The notes below the pieces were generated by a model. The model was not told where the DNA came from and made no database searches. It saw only the letters and a program-made list of their open reading frames with translations. 64,000 bases of DNA from an uncultured bacterium (GTDB taxonomy: Bacteria; Hydrothermota; Hydrothermia; WGAB01), in contig CAYOQK010000011.1 in NCBI GenBank assembly GCA_964406105.1, positions 1,110-65,109 on the forward strand, given 5' to 3'. Position numbers and translations under genes: made by a program. The stretch's first letter is position 1; the number at the start of each line of letters is the position of its first letter. Shown here in pieces: positions 35,653 to 45,468 of the stretch.

Positions 35653-36675
35653 ATGATCACAGAACCTCAGGTAAAGGATCGGCGCGTCTTGGTCACCGGG
35701 GCCGGGGGCTTTATCGGGTCCCATCTGGTGGAAGCCTTAGTGCAAGCCGGTGCACAGGTGCGGGCCTTTCTGCGATACACGTCCACAGGCTTTCCAGGTG
35801 CCTTGCTCTTCCTCCCCGAGGATACCCGTCAACAACTGGACCTCAGATATGGGGATCTCCGGGATCCCGAAGCCGTGGACCGTGCCGTAGAGGGTGTGGA
35901 GGTGGTGTTCCATTTGGGCGCAGTGATCTCCATCCCCTACTCTTACCAGAACCCCCGAGAAGTAGTGGAAACCAATGTGATCGGCACCCTCAACGTGTTG
36001 CAGGCTGCCCGAAGGCACGGTGTCCAAAGGGTAGTCCATGTGTCCACCTCGGAGGTGTACGGCACCGCCCAGTACACCCCCATGGACGAGCGTCACCCCC
36101 GGCATGCCCAATCACCCTACGCAGCCTCAAAGACCGGGGCCGACGAGCTGGCCCGCAGCTTTGCCCACACCTATGGTGTGCCGGTGGTGATCCTGCGGCC
36201 CTTTAACACCTTTGGGCCTCGGCAGAGCACCCGGGCTGTGATCATGAGCATCATCGTTCAAGCCTTGCAGGGGCCCGAGATCCGCATGGGGCACCCCGAT
36301 CCGGTCCGCGACTTCACCTACGTGGAGGACACGGTGGCCGGCCTGATCTCCGCCCTGAAGTCGGGGGTGCCCTTCGGGGAGGACATCAACCTGGGCACCG
36401 GCCAAGGGGTACGGATCGGCGACCTGGTAGAGCGGATCCGCCAGCTCACCCAGAGCCCCTATCCGGTGGTCACCGAAGCCCAGCGGCTCCGCCCCACGAG
36501 CAGCGAGGTGTGGCAACTGGTGTCCGACAATCGCAAGGCCCAAAGGGTGCTGGGCTGGCAACCCCGGATTCCTTTGGAAGAGGGGCTTCAACGCACGATC
36601 CAGTGGGTGAAACAAACCCTAAACACCCCAGAAGGGAGGTTGTGGATTGCAGGCAGTGGTGCTGGCTGGTGGTAA
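35653..36675 (+). CDS. NAD-dependent epimerase/dehydratase (UDP-sugar epimerase / dTDP-glucose dehydratase family)
   Basis: VLVTGAGGFIGSHLVEAL is the Rossmann motif, with the extended SDR catalytic YxxxK pattern (YAASK). An alternative TTG start lies at 35632. Confidence 0.75.
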   Translation: MITEPQVKDRRVLVTGAGGFIGSHLVEALVQAGAQVRAFLRYTSTGFPGALLFLPEDTRQQLDLRYGDLRDPEAVDRAVEGVEVVFHLGAVISIPYSYQNPREVVETNVIGTLNVLQAARRHGVQRVVHVSTSEVYGTAQYTPMDERHPRHAQSPYAASKTGADELARSFAHTYGVPVVILRPFNTFGPRQSTRAVIMSIIVQALQGPEIRMGHPDPVRDFTYVEDTVAGLISALKSGVPFGEDINLGTGQGVRIGDLVERIRQLTQSPYPVVTEAQRLRPTSSEVWQLVSDNRKAQRVLGWQPRIPLEEGLQRTIQWVKQTLNTPEGRLWIAGSGAGWW

Positions 36676-37351
36676 GGGCCGTAGGCTGGAACCCTACACC
36701 ACCCTACTCCCCAAACCCCTGATGCCCGTAGGGGAGTATCCGGTACTGGAAATCCTGTTGCGGCAACTCAAAGCCCAGGGCTTTGACGAGGTGATCCTGG
36801 CTGTGGGCCACCTGGCCGAGCTCATTGAAGCTTATTTCCAAGACGGCCGGCGATGGGGGCTCCGAATCCGCTACTCCCGAGAACCCGAACCCCTGGGCAC
36901 TGTGGGGCCCCTGGCGCTCTTGCGCGACCAATTGGAAGAACATTTCCTGGTACTCAATGGCGACATCCTCACCGAACTGCCCTTTGGGGAGGTGCTACGG
37001 TTCCACCAGCACCAAAGCACTCCCCTGACCATAGCCATCAACCGCCGCACCGTGGAGGTGGACTTCGGCGTGGTGGACCACGAGAACCATCGGCTGGTGG
37101 GTTACCACGAAAAGCCGGTAATCTCGTACTGGGTGTCTATGGGGGTATATGCCTTTCGGCGCGATGTCCTGTCCTACATCCCCCCAGGGCAACACTTTGA
37201 TGTGCCGGACCTGGTCCAAACCCTTTTGTCTGCCCAAGAGTCCATTGCGGTGTTCCCCTTTGAGGGCTTTTGGCTGGATATCGGCCGGGAAACCGATTTC
37301 AGGGAAGCACAACGGGCCTTTGCGCAACGAAAGGAGAGCCTGCTCCCATGA
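36647..37351 (+). CDS. Sugar-phosphate nucleotidyltransferase
   Basis: TTG start after GGGAGG. AVVLAGGKGRRLEPYTTLLPKPLMPV is the NTP-transferase signature. Confidence 0.7.
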   Translation: MQAVVLAGGKGRRLEPYTTLLPKPLMPVGEYPVLEILLRQLKAQGFDEVILAVGHLAELIEAYFQDGRRWGLRIRYSREPEPLGTVGPLALLRDQLEEHFLVLNGDILTELPFGEVLRFHQHQSTPLTIAINRRTVEVDFGVVDHENHRLVGYHEKPVISYWVSMGVYAFRRDVLSYIPPGQHFDVPDLVQTLLSAQESIAVFPFEGFWLDIGRETDFREAQRAFAQRKESLLP

Positions 37352-39390
37352 GCCTGAAACTCCTGTTGGGTGTGCACAACCATCAGCCGGTAGGCAACTT
37401 TGAGCATGTTATGGAGCACGCATACCAGCGGGCCTACCGGCCCTTTTTGGATGTCCTCAGCGAATTTCCCAGTTTCAAGGTCACGTACCACTTTACCGGT
37501 CCCCTGCTTCGGTTCCTGGAGGCTCGCCATCCCGATTTCTTGGAAGCCTTGGCCCATCAGGTGAAGCGCCAGCAGGCAGAGATTGTAATCAGCGGCTTCT
37601 ATGAACCGGTTTTGGTGGCCATTCCCGAGGCTGATCGCCTGGGGCAGATCCGGCGGGCACGCCGTTATGTCAAACGGCGCCTGGGATACGAAGCCCAAGG
37701 CCTATGGCTTACCGAACGCGTGTACGAATCGGAGATCCTGCCTGCTCTGCTCAAAAGTGGCATCCGATACGTGGTGGTGGACGATTACCATTTCCTGCAA
37801 ACCGGGCTCACCGAGCATCAGTTGCACGGCTACTATCTCACCGAGCACGAGGGCAAGGCTCTGGCCATCTTCCCCATCAGCGAACGGCTCCGGTATCTGA
37901 TCCCCTTCCGGCCACTGGAAGAGGTGATGGCTTACCTTCGGGAACTCCATGAGCGGGGGGCTCGGGCTGCCGTGATCTTTGACGACGGAGAGAAATTCGG
38001 CCTGTGGCCCGGCACCTACGATTGGGTGTACGGCCGAGAACAATGGCTCCGGCACTTCCTGGACCGAGTGCTTCAGGAACCTTGGATTGAGCCCCTTACC
38101 TACAGCGAGTTCCTGGACGAAGAGCCTCCCCTGGGCCGGGTGTACCTGCCCACGGGATCCTACTTTGAAATGGGCGAGTGGGCCTTGCCCGCCCCCCAGG
38201 CCAAGCGATTCGCGGACTTCGTGCACCAACTGAAGGCCCAAGGCCTGTGGGACCAAGTGCGACCCTTCGTTAAGGGTGGCTTGTGGCGGAACTTCCTGGT
38301 CAAATACCCTGAGGTGAACCGGATGCACAAGAAGATGCTGCTCCTCAGGCGACAGGTGGAACGCCTTGGTCGCCCGGAAAAGAAACGCGAGGCCATCCAC
38401 GAGATCCATCAAGCCCAATGCAACGACGCTTACTGGCATGGGGTTTTCGGAGGGGTGTACCTGCCCCACCTCCGACACGCCGTGTACCGCCATCTGCTAC
38501 GGGCAGAACGTGCCCTGGGCCGACGCTTCGCTTCCCTCAAGGACCACGATCTGGACGGCTACCAGGAGCTTTACTTGCGCCAGCAGGACCTGGTGCTCCA
38601 GATCAGCGAACAAGGCGGTTCCCTGCGGGAGTTCTCCATCCTCTCCCTGGCCTACAACTTCCAGAACACCCTGACCCGGCGATACGAGCACTACCACGAG
38701 GGCCTTCAAGTGGGAGAGAACCGGGGCCACGGGGTGGCCTCCATCCACGAGATCAGCAAGCAGATCAGCGCCGAGGCCGCCCGAGAACTCCGGTACGACT
38801 GGCACGAACGGGTTTCCTTCCTGGACCATTTCCTGCCCGCCGATATCGCCTGGGAGGATCTCCACAGCATGGCCTTCCAGGATCAAGGAGACTTCGTTTT
38901 GGGTCGGTTCACCCTGGGTCAACATCCCTTCCGGGCTGAACGCACAGGGCAGGTGGCGGGTCAACCGGCAACGGTGCAAAAGTTCTTCGCGCTCCACCGC
39001 AAGGGCTTGCAGGTCACCCTACGGGTACAAGCCTCGGCCCTGGACTGGGCCTACGTGGTGGCCCACAACTTCATCCTGCCCTCGGCCCTATCGGGAGAGA
39101 TCCACGCCGAGGGTGTAGAGGCTGTTTCCTTTGCCACCCCGTTGGACCTCCAGGGAGTCCAACGTTTGGAGTTCCGCGACGCCACCGGTGTTTGGCTCCG
39201 GCTCCACTGCCCTGGTGCTCACCGCTTGGTGGTGTTCCCCTTTTACACCGTGTCCCAGTCGGAATCCGGCCTGGACCTCACGTACCAGGGCCACGCCCTG
39301 TACATCTTTTACCCCCTGGAGCCGGGATGGAACCGGTTTACGCAAACCTTAGAAGTGGAGAAAACCAAAGGAGGACGTTTCCATGCCTGA
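37348..39390 (+). CDS. Glycoside hydrolase family 57 alpha-glucan-active enzyme
   Basis: MSLKLLLGVHNHQPVGNF is the GH57 N-terminal HQP motif. The start ATG 37348 overlaps the upstream stop (ATGA). Confidence 0.7.
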   Translation: MSLKLLLGVHNHQPVGNFEHVMEHAYQRAYRPFLDVLSEFPSFKVTYHFTGPLLRFLEARHPDFLEALAHQVKRQQAEIVISGFYEPVLVAIPEADRLGQIRRARRYVKRRLGYEAQGLWLTERVYESEILPALLKSGIRYVVVDDYHFLQTGLTEHQLHGYYLTEHEGKALAIFPISERLRYLIPFRPLEEVMAYLRELHERGARAAVIFDDGEKFGLWPGTYDWVYGREQWLRHFLDRVLQEPWIEPLTYSEFLDEEPPLGRVYLPTGSYFEMGEWALPAPQAKRFADFVHQLKAQGLWDQVRPFVKGGLWRNFLVKYPEVNRMHKKMLLLRRQVERLGRPEKKREAIHEIHQAQCNDAYWHGVFGGVYLPHLRHAVYRHLLRAERALGRRFASLKDHDLDGYQELYLRQQDLVLQISEQGGSLREFSILSLAYNFQNTLTRRYEHYHEGLQVGENRGHGVASIHEISKQISAEAARELRYDWHERVSFLDHFLPADIAWEDLHSMAFQDQGDFVLGRFTLGQHPFRAERTGQVAGQPATVQKFFALHRKGLQVTLRVQASALDWAYVVAHNFILPSALSGEIHAEGVEAVSFATPLDLQGVQRLEFRDATGVWLRLHCPGAHRLVVFPFYTVSQSESGLDLTYQGHALYIFYPLEPGWNRFTQTLEVEKTKGGRFHA

Positions 39391-40414
39391 ATTGAGATAC
39401 GATCCCATTCGCCCCCGATGGGTGGTGATCGCCACCGAGCGGGCGTTACGACCCCAGGATTACAAACGCCAACGGCAGCAGGTGAAGAAACCGGACAACT
39501 GCCCCTTCTGTTATGGCCACGAACACATGACCCCACCGGAGGTCTTTGCCATCGGCCCGCCCGACCGGCAACCCAACACCCCCGGCTGGCGGGTGCGGGT
39601 GGTGCCCAACAAGTACCCGGCGCTACGCATTGAGGGGGAACTGAAGCGCGAGGGCATCGGCATCTTTGATGTCACCACAGGCATCGGCGCCCACGAGGTC
39701 ATCATAGAAACCCCCGACCACTTCAAGCACCCGGATGCCTTTTCCGACGAGGAAGCCCGCGACTGGCTCATTGCCGTCCGAGAGCGGATGTTGGACCTCC
39801 AAAAGGACCAACGGTTCCGGTACATCCTGTTCTTCCGAAACCACGGGGCTGAGGCCGGTGCTTCGCTGTCCCACCCCCACAGTCAACTGATCGCTACCCC
39901 CATCATCCCGCCGGTGGTGGTCTCCGAACTCAACAACGCCAAAAACCACTTCCATCTCAAGGAGCGGTGCATCTTCTGTGATCTGATCAAACAGGAGCTC
40001 CTGCTCAAGGACCGGGTGGTGTACGACGACGAGCACTACCTGGTGTGGGAACCCTTTGCCTCGTCCTTTCCCTTTGAAACCTGGATCCTGCCCAAGCGGC
40101 ACCTGCACGACTTCACCCGTCTCTCCGATGACGAACTGCTGATCTTGGGGCGCACCATCCGAGACACCCTCAAGCGCATCAAGATCGCCCTGGACGATCC
40201 CCCCTACAACATGATCCTGCATACCGCTCCCACTCCCCATCTGCGGCCCGCCCGCACGTACTATTGGGAGACCATTGAGTACGATTACCACTGGCACATT
40301 GAGATCATCCCGCGGATGACCCGGATCGCGGGCTTTGAGTGGGGCGCCGGGCTGCACATCAATCCCACCCCCCCAGAGGAAGCAGCCCGGTACCTGCGGG
40401 AAGTTCAACTGTAG
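39383..40414 (+). CDS. galT: Galactose-1-phosphate uridylyltransferase family protein (GalT-like)
   Basis: CPFCYGHEH (zinc/nucleotide-binding motif) and SLSHPHSQL (the His-Pro-His active site). The gene overlaps the GH57 gene by 8 nt. Confidence 0.7.
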   Translation: MPELRYDPIRPRWVVIATERALRPQDYKRQRQQVKKPDNCPFCYGHEHMTPPEVFAIGPPDRQPNTPGWRVRVVPNKYPALRIEGELKREGIGIFDVTTGIGAHEVIIETPDHFKHPDAFSDEEARDWLIAVRERMLDLQKDQRFRYILFFRNHGAEAGASLSHPHSQLIATPIIPPVVVSELNNAKNHFHLKERCIFCDLIKQELLLKDRVVYDDEHYLVWEPFASSFPFETWILPKRHLHDFTRLSDDELLILGRTIRDTLKRIKIALDDPPYNMILHTAPTPHLRPARTYYWETIEYDYHWHIEIIPRMTRIAGFEWGAGLHINPTPPEEAARYLREVQL

Positions 40415-40425
40415 AGGAGGGGTGT

Positions 40426-42882
40426 ATGCCCAAGAAAACCCAAAACCTGGCCCGCTTTCGGGTGCCGGCAGAACAGTTGTACCGCCGATGCACCCCCGAG
40501 GAAGTGGGGCCAGAAACCACCCGGGAAATCGCACCGCTGGAGGAGTTCATCGGCCAGGAACGGGCCCACCGGGCCATTTCCTTTGGCCTGCGGATCCAGG
40601 GATACGGATACAACATCTACGCTTCGGGCCGGCCAGGCACCGGCAAGCAGGCCATGATCGCCGACTATCTGGAACGCGTAAGCAAGGAACTCCCTACCCC
40701 CAGCGATTGGTGTTACGTGTACAACTTTGAGGATCCCTCGCAACCCCGGGCTCTGGAACTCCCTGCCGGCTATGGGAAACGCCTGAAAAGGGATATGGCT
40801 GAGCTCGTGGAAGCGGTATCCAAACGCATCAGCACGGTGTTTGAGAGCGACGAGTTCACCCAACAACGCGACCGCTTAGTGCAACAGTTTGAGCAGGAAA
40901 AGCAACGCCGCATCGCTCAAATCCAAAAGGAAGGCCAGGAACTGGGCTTCGCCGTGCAGTTCACTCCCACGGGCATCGTGCTCACCCCCTTGGCCCCGGG
41001 GAATCGGCCTCTCACCCCGCAGGAATTTGAAGCCCTGCCCGAGGAAACCAAAAGGGGGATCCTGGAACGCCGGAGCCAACTGGAAGAACGCATCAAGGAG
41101 CTCACCCGTGAACTCCGACAACTGGAGAAAAAAACCCAAGAGGCCATCAAAGACCTGGAACGGCGGGCAGTAAGCTTCGCCATTGAACCCCTGTTTCAGG
41201 AGATCAAGGAAACCTACGGCTCCTTTCCCCAAGTGGTAAACTACCTGGAGGCTGTGCACCAGGACATGCTGAAAAACATTGACGCTTTCCGCCAGAAACC
41301 CCCACAGATGCCCATCCCCCTGCCCATTCCTCTTCCTATGCCCAAACCCTCGCCCTTGAAACGCTATGAGGTCAACGTCTTGGTGGACAACAGCGGCTTG
41401 GAAGGTGCCCCTGTGGTCATGGAACCCGTGCCCAACTATGTGAATCTGGTGGGCCGGATTGAAAAGGAAGTTCAGTTTGGTGCCCTCACCACGGATTTTA
41501 CCATGATCTACCCCGGCGCTCTACACCGGGCCAACGGGGGTTTCCTGGTGCTGGAGGCCGATGAACTGCTCCGCCAACCCTATGCCTACCAGGCCCTGAA
41601 AAAGGCTCTGAAAACCCAACAGATCCGCATTGAGGACCTGGGCGAAACCCTGGGTTTGGTGACCACCAAGGTGCTGAAACCGGAACCCATCCCCTTGAAC
41701 GTAAAGGTCATCCTCACGGGTAGCCCCCTTTACTACTACCTGCTCTACACCTACGACGAGGACTTCCAAGAGCTCTTCAAGGTTCGGGCCGACTTTGACG
41801 TGGTGATGGACCGCACTCCGGAGAACATTCGCCAGTATCGGGCCTTCATCGCCCGCGTAGTGCAAAAGGAAAACCTCCTGCCCTTCACCGCAGACGCCAT
41901 CGCCCGGGTGATTGAGCACAGTTCCCGAATGGTGAACGACCAAAGGAAACTCTCCACCCGCTTCGCCGACATCGTGGACCTTTTGAAAGAGTGCGACTAC
42001 TGGGCACGCCGACAAGGGGCGGATCAGGTCACCCGACAACACGTGGACCAAGCCATTGAGGAACGCATCTTCCGCAGCAATTTGCTGGAAAGCAAGGTGC
42101 AGGAGATGATTGCCCGTGGCCAACTCATCGTGGACACCGAGGGCGAAAAGGTGGGCGTGATCAACGGTTTGGCGGTTGTTGAACTGGGCGACTTTGCCTT
42201 CGCCCGGCCCGTTCGCATCACCGCCACCCTGTGGGGTGGCAAGGAGGGCGTGTTAGACATTGAACGGGAAGTGGGCCTGGGGGGCAAAATCCACAGCAAG
42301 GGCGTGCTCATCCTTACCGGTTACCTGAGCGAAGTGTTCGCCCAAAGGGAACCCCTGAGCCTCTCAGCCCGCATCGCCTTTGAACAAAACTACTCCGAGA
42401 TTGAAGGGGACTCCGCCTCCAGCACTGAGCTCTATGTGCTGCTCTCCCTACTGTCGGGGTTGCCCCTGCGACAGGACATCGCGGTTAGCGGATCGGTGAA
42501 CCAAAAGGGCGAAGTGCAGCCGGTAGGGGGCATCAACGAAAAGATTGAAGGCTTCTATCGCGCCTGTAAGGTGAAGGGGCTCACAGGTACCCAAGGGGTG
42601 CTCATTCCCCGCCGAAACCTGGAAAACCTGATGCTCCACCCCGAGGTGGTCCAAGCAGTAGAGAAGGGCCAGTTCCACATCTACGCTGTGGACACCGTGG
42701 AAGAAGGCATTGAGATCCTTACCGGCGTGCCCGCAGGGCGCCGGCCCGACGGCACCTTTGAAAAGGGCTCGGTGTACGACCGAGTGGCCCGCCGGCTCCA
42801 GGAGCTCCGCGAGGCCGCCCGAAACGGTGAGGGCCGCAAAAAGAAAACCAAACGAACCCCCACCAGGAACCCAAAGTCATGA
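40426..42882 (+). CDS. Lon-like protease (COG1067/LonC-like) with an AAA+-like module carrying a degenerate Walker A and a C-terminal S16 proteolytic domain
   Basis: RBS GAGGAGG then ATG 40426. ASGRPGTGKQ has Gln in place of the Ser/Thr of the P-loop. The C-terminal GDSASSTELYVLLSLLSG ... K is the Lon Ser-Lys dyad region. Confidence 0.65.
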   Translation: MPKKTQNLARFRVPAEQLYRRCTPEEVGPETTREIAPLEEFIGQERAHRAISFGLRIQGYGYNIYASGRPGTGKQAMIADYLERVSKELPTPSDWCYVYNFEDPSQPRALELPAGYGKRLKRDMAELVEAVSKRISTVFESDEFTQQRDRLVQQFEQEKQRRIAQIQKEGQELGFAVQFTPTGIVLTPLAPGNRPLTPQEFEALPEETKRGILERRSQLEERIKELTRELRQLEKKTQEAIKDLERRAVSFAIEPLFQEIKETYGSFPQVVNYLEAVHQDMLKNIDAFRQKPPQMPIPLPIPLPMPKPSPLKRYEVNVLVDNSGLEGAPVVMEPVPNYVNLVGRIEKEVQFGALTTDFTMIYPGALHRANGGFLVLEADELLRQPYAYQALKKALKTQQIRIEDLGETLGLVTTKVLKPEPIPLNVKVILTGSPLYYYLLYTYDEDFQELFKVRADFDVVMDRTPENIRQYRAFIARVVQKENLLPFTADAIARVIEHSSRMVNDQRKLSTRFADIVDLLKECDYWARRQGADQVTRQHVDQAIEERIFRSNLLESKVQEMIARGQLIVDTEGEKVGVINGLAVVELGDFAFARPVRITATLWGGKEGVLDIEREVGLGGKIHSKGVLILTGYLSEVFAQREPLSLSARIAFEQNYSEIEGDSASSTELYVLLSLLSGLPLRQDIAVSGSVNQKGEVQPVGGINEKIEGFYRACKVKGLTGTQGVLIPRRNLENLMLHPEVVQAVEKGQFHIYAVDTVEEGIEILTGVPAGRRPDGTFEKGSVYDRVARRLQELREAARNGEGRKKKTKRTPTRNPKS

Positions 42883-43877
42883 CCCAAATGCGGCAGGTGT
42901 TCCTCCTCGGGCCCCAACGCCTGGAGATCCGAGAGGTGCCGATTCCAACCCCCGGGCCTGGAGAACTCGTGCTCCGGGTGGAGGTGGCCCTCACCTGCGG
43001 CACCGACCTCAAGACCTACCGACGAGGCCATCACCCCAAGATTCCGGTGCCCGGTCCCTTCGGCCACGAATACACCGGACGGGTGGCCCGGATAGGTTCA
43101 GGAGTCCAAGGGTTCCGAGAAGGGGACGCTGTTATGGGAGTCAACACAGGCCCCTGCTTCGCCTGCACCTACTGCCACCGGGGCCTGTTCCAACACTGCG
43201 AAACCCTGTTTGACGATATGGTGATCGGCACCTATGCCGATTACGTGCGAATCCCTGCTCGGGTGGTGCGCACCAACCTGTTCCTTCGTCCACCAGAGAT
43301 CCCCGAAACTGTGGCACCCCTCATAGAACCCCTGGCCTCAGCCCTACACGGTATCCAGGTGCTGCGGCCCTGGCAGGAACGTGTGCTGGTGATCGGGTCC
43401 GGCCCCTTAGGGATCCTCCTGGCCTTTGCCTTGGAGGCAGAGGGCAACGAGGTGACCCTTCTGGGGCGGAACCCTCAACGCAATGCGATCGCTCGCCAGA
43501 TCGGGCTGAAGCACGTAACGGATCGTCCACCCTCCACCCAAGACTTTGACGCCGTCGTGGAGGCCACAGGTACCCCTGAGGTGTGGCAACAGAGTTTGGA
43601 GTACCTGCGGAAGGGGGGCCGGGTGCTGCTGTTTGGAGGCCTTCCCAGCACGGCGCACGTGGCCTTCCCTGCCTATGCCTTGCATTACGAGGAAAAACAC
43701 CTGCTGGGAGCGTTCCATTTCACCCCCCACGATGTGCGGCGGGCCTACGAGTTCCTCCGGCAACACGGTGAACGACTGCACCCCATGATCACCGGCGAGT
43801 ACCCTTTGGAACAGATCCAAGAGGCCTTCCACCGCCTGGATCGGGGGGAGGGCCTCAAGTTCGCCATACGACCATGA
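42879..43877 (+). CDS. Zn-dependent alcohol dehydrogenase (MDR family)
   Basis: GHEYTGRVARIGSGV, a structural Zn Cys cluster (CFACTYCHRG), and the GxGxxG motif VIGSGPLG. Confidence 0.75.
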   Translation: MTQMRQVFLLGPQRLEIREVPIPTPGPGELVLRVEVALTCGTDLKTYRRGHHPKIPVPGPFGHEYTGRVARIGSGVQGFREGDAVMGVNTGPCFACTYCHRGLFQHCETLFDDMVIGTYADYVRIPARVVRTNLFLRPPEIPETVAPLIEPLASALHGIQVLRPWQERVLVIGSGPLGILLAFALEAEGNEVTLLGRNPQRNAIARQIGLKHVTDRPPSTQDFDAVVEATGTPEVWQQSLEYLRKGGRVLLFGGLPSTAHVAFPAYALHYEEKHLLGAFHFTPHDVRRAYEFLRQHGERLHPMITGEYPLEQIQEAFHRLDRGEGLKFAIRP

Positions 43878-44914
43878 TCCCAGAACGCATGAAAGCCCTT
43901 GTGTACTATGGCCCGGAGGACCTCCGGGTGGAGGAGGTGCCCGTACCCCGCATCGGACCCCACGAGATCCTGGTTCGCGTACGGGCCTCTGGGGTGTGCA
44001 GCGGCGAGGCAATGGACTGGTACATGGCCCGGAAGGCTCCCCTGGTGCCGGGCCATGAACCCGCAGGCGAGGTGGTGGCCGTGGGACCAGAGGTAACTGG
44101 ATTCCACGTGGGCGACCGCGTGTTTGCCCACCACCACGTGCCCTGCATGACCTGCGAAGCGTGCCAACGGGGCCGATTCGTCCAATGCCCTCAATGGCGG
44201 GAGAAAACCCTGGACCCAGGTGCGATGGCGGAGTACATGCGGGTGCACGCCCGGGCGGTCCAGTTGGACACCTTGAAGTTGCCCGATGACCTCAGCTACG
44301 AGGACGGAACCCTCATTGAACCCCTGGCCTGCTCGGTCAAGGCCGTGAAAACCGCCGGCATCGGTCCCCAAGACCGAGTGCTTGTGGTGGGCCTGGGGAT
44401 CATGGGCATCCTCAACGCCCGAGTGGCGCAGGCTTACGGTGCCCGAGTGGTGGCGGCCACCGATCTCCACCCCTGGCGGCTCCAGAGGGCCCGAGATCTG
44501 GGCATTGACCCTGTGTTTCAAGCCACACCAGGCGCACCGTTGATGGATTGGGCTCGGGAGATCACCGAGGGCCACCTGTTTGATGTGGTCATCGTGGGGC
44601 CTGGCCTTGCCCGCGTCGTACAAACCTACAGCCACCTGGTGGCAGGAGGCGGCACGCTGTTGCTCTTCACCCCCACGGCTCCCACAGATCCCGTAACCCT
44701 CAACTTCTACGAGCTCTATGTGCGCGAAGTACGGGTGGTACCCTCCTACTCTGCGGGCCCGTATGAGACCCGGGAAGCACTGGATCTGATCCGCCGGGGT
44801 GTGGTGCGCGCTCAGGAAGTGGTCACCCACCGTTTCCCTTTGAGCCAAGCACCAGAAGCCTATCGCTTGCTTAAACAGGCGGGCGAAAGCCTCAAGATCT
44901 TGGTTCTGCCATGA
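43874..44914 (+). CDS. Zn-dependent alcohol dehydrogenase (MDR family), second copy
   Basis: GHEPAGEVVAVGPEV, CMTCEACQRGRF and VVGLGIMG. The start overlaps the upstream stop. Confidence 0.75.
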   Translation: MIPERMKALVYYGPEDLRVEEVPVPRIGPHEILVRVRASGVCSGEAMDWYMARKAPLVPGHEPAGEVVAVGPEVTGFHVGDRVFAHHHVPCMTCEACQRGRFVQCPQWREKTLDPGAMAEYMRVHARAVQLDTLKLPDDLSYEDGTLIEPLACSVKAVKTAGIGPQDRVLVVGLGIMGILNARVAQAYGARVVAATDLHPWRLQRARDLGIDPVFQATPGAPLMDWAREITEGHLFDVVIVGPGLARVVQTYSHLVAGGGTLLLFTPTAPTDPVTLNFYELYVREVRVVPSYSAGPYETREALDLIRRGVVRAQEVVTHRFPLSQAPEAYRLLKQAGESLKILVLP

Positions 44915-45390
44915 AACTCCGGCACGGCAAAGTAAAGCGATTCCAGAACTTCACCTGGCAAGGGGTCAAAATCCAACCCTACAAAGAGGGAACGGGCAAT
45001 TTCCGAGGAGTGGTACGCCAAGTGCTGGCCGGCAAAACGCCCGACGAAAAGGTCCGATTTGAACTGCGATACTTTGAACTGGCCCCTGGTGGATATACCA
45101 GCCTGGAGCGTCACGCCCACGAGCACGTGGTGATTGTCCTGCGGGGGGAAGGGTATGTGCTCATCGGCGAAGAGGTGGTGCGGGTTCATCCCTTTGACCT
45201 GGTGTACACCCGTCCCTTTGCCCTGCACCGGCTCATGAACGCCAGCACCACCGAGCCCTTCGGCTTCCTATGCACTGTGGACCGGGAGCGTGACCGGCCC
45301 CGGTATCCCTCCCCCGAGGAGATCCAGGATCTCCTGGCTCGCCATCCCCACCTGGCCTTTATCCTTACTCCAGAGAAACCATTGCCCTAA
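44911..45390 (+). CDS. Cupin-domain protein
   Basis: HAHEHVVIVLRGEGYVLIGEE is the cupin motif G(X)5HXH... Confidence 0.5.
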   Translation: MKLRHGKVKRFQNFTWQGVKIQPYKEGTGNFRGVVRQVLAGKTPDEKVRFELRYFELAPGGYTSLERHAHEHVVIVLRGEGYVLIGEEVVRVHPFDLVYTRPFALHRLMNASTTEPFGFLCTVDRERDRPRYPSPEEIQDLLARHPHLAFILTPEKPLP

Positions 45391-45468
45391 CGGCCGGAAC
45401 GCCCCATCCTCAAGGGCCGCACCCTTCCAGGGCGCTACCAATCCCCTGGCCTTTCCCATAACATTGTC

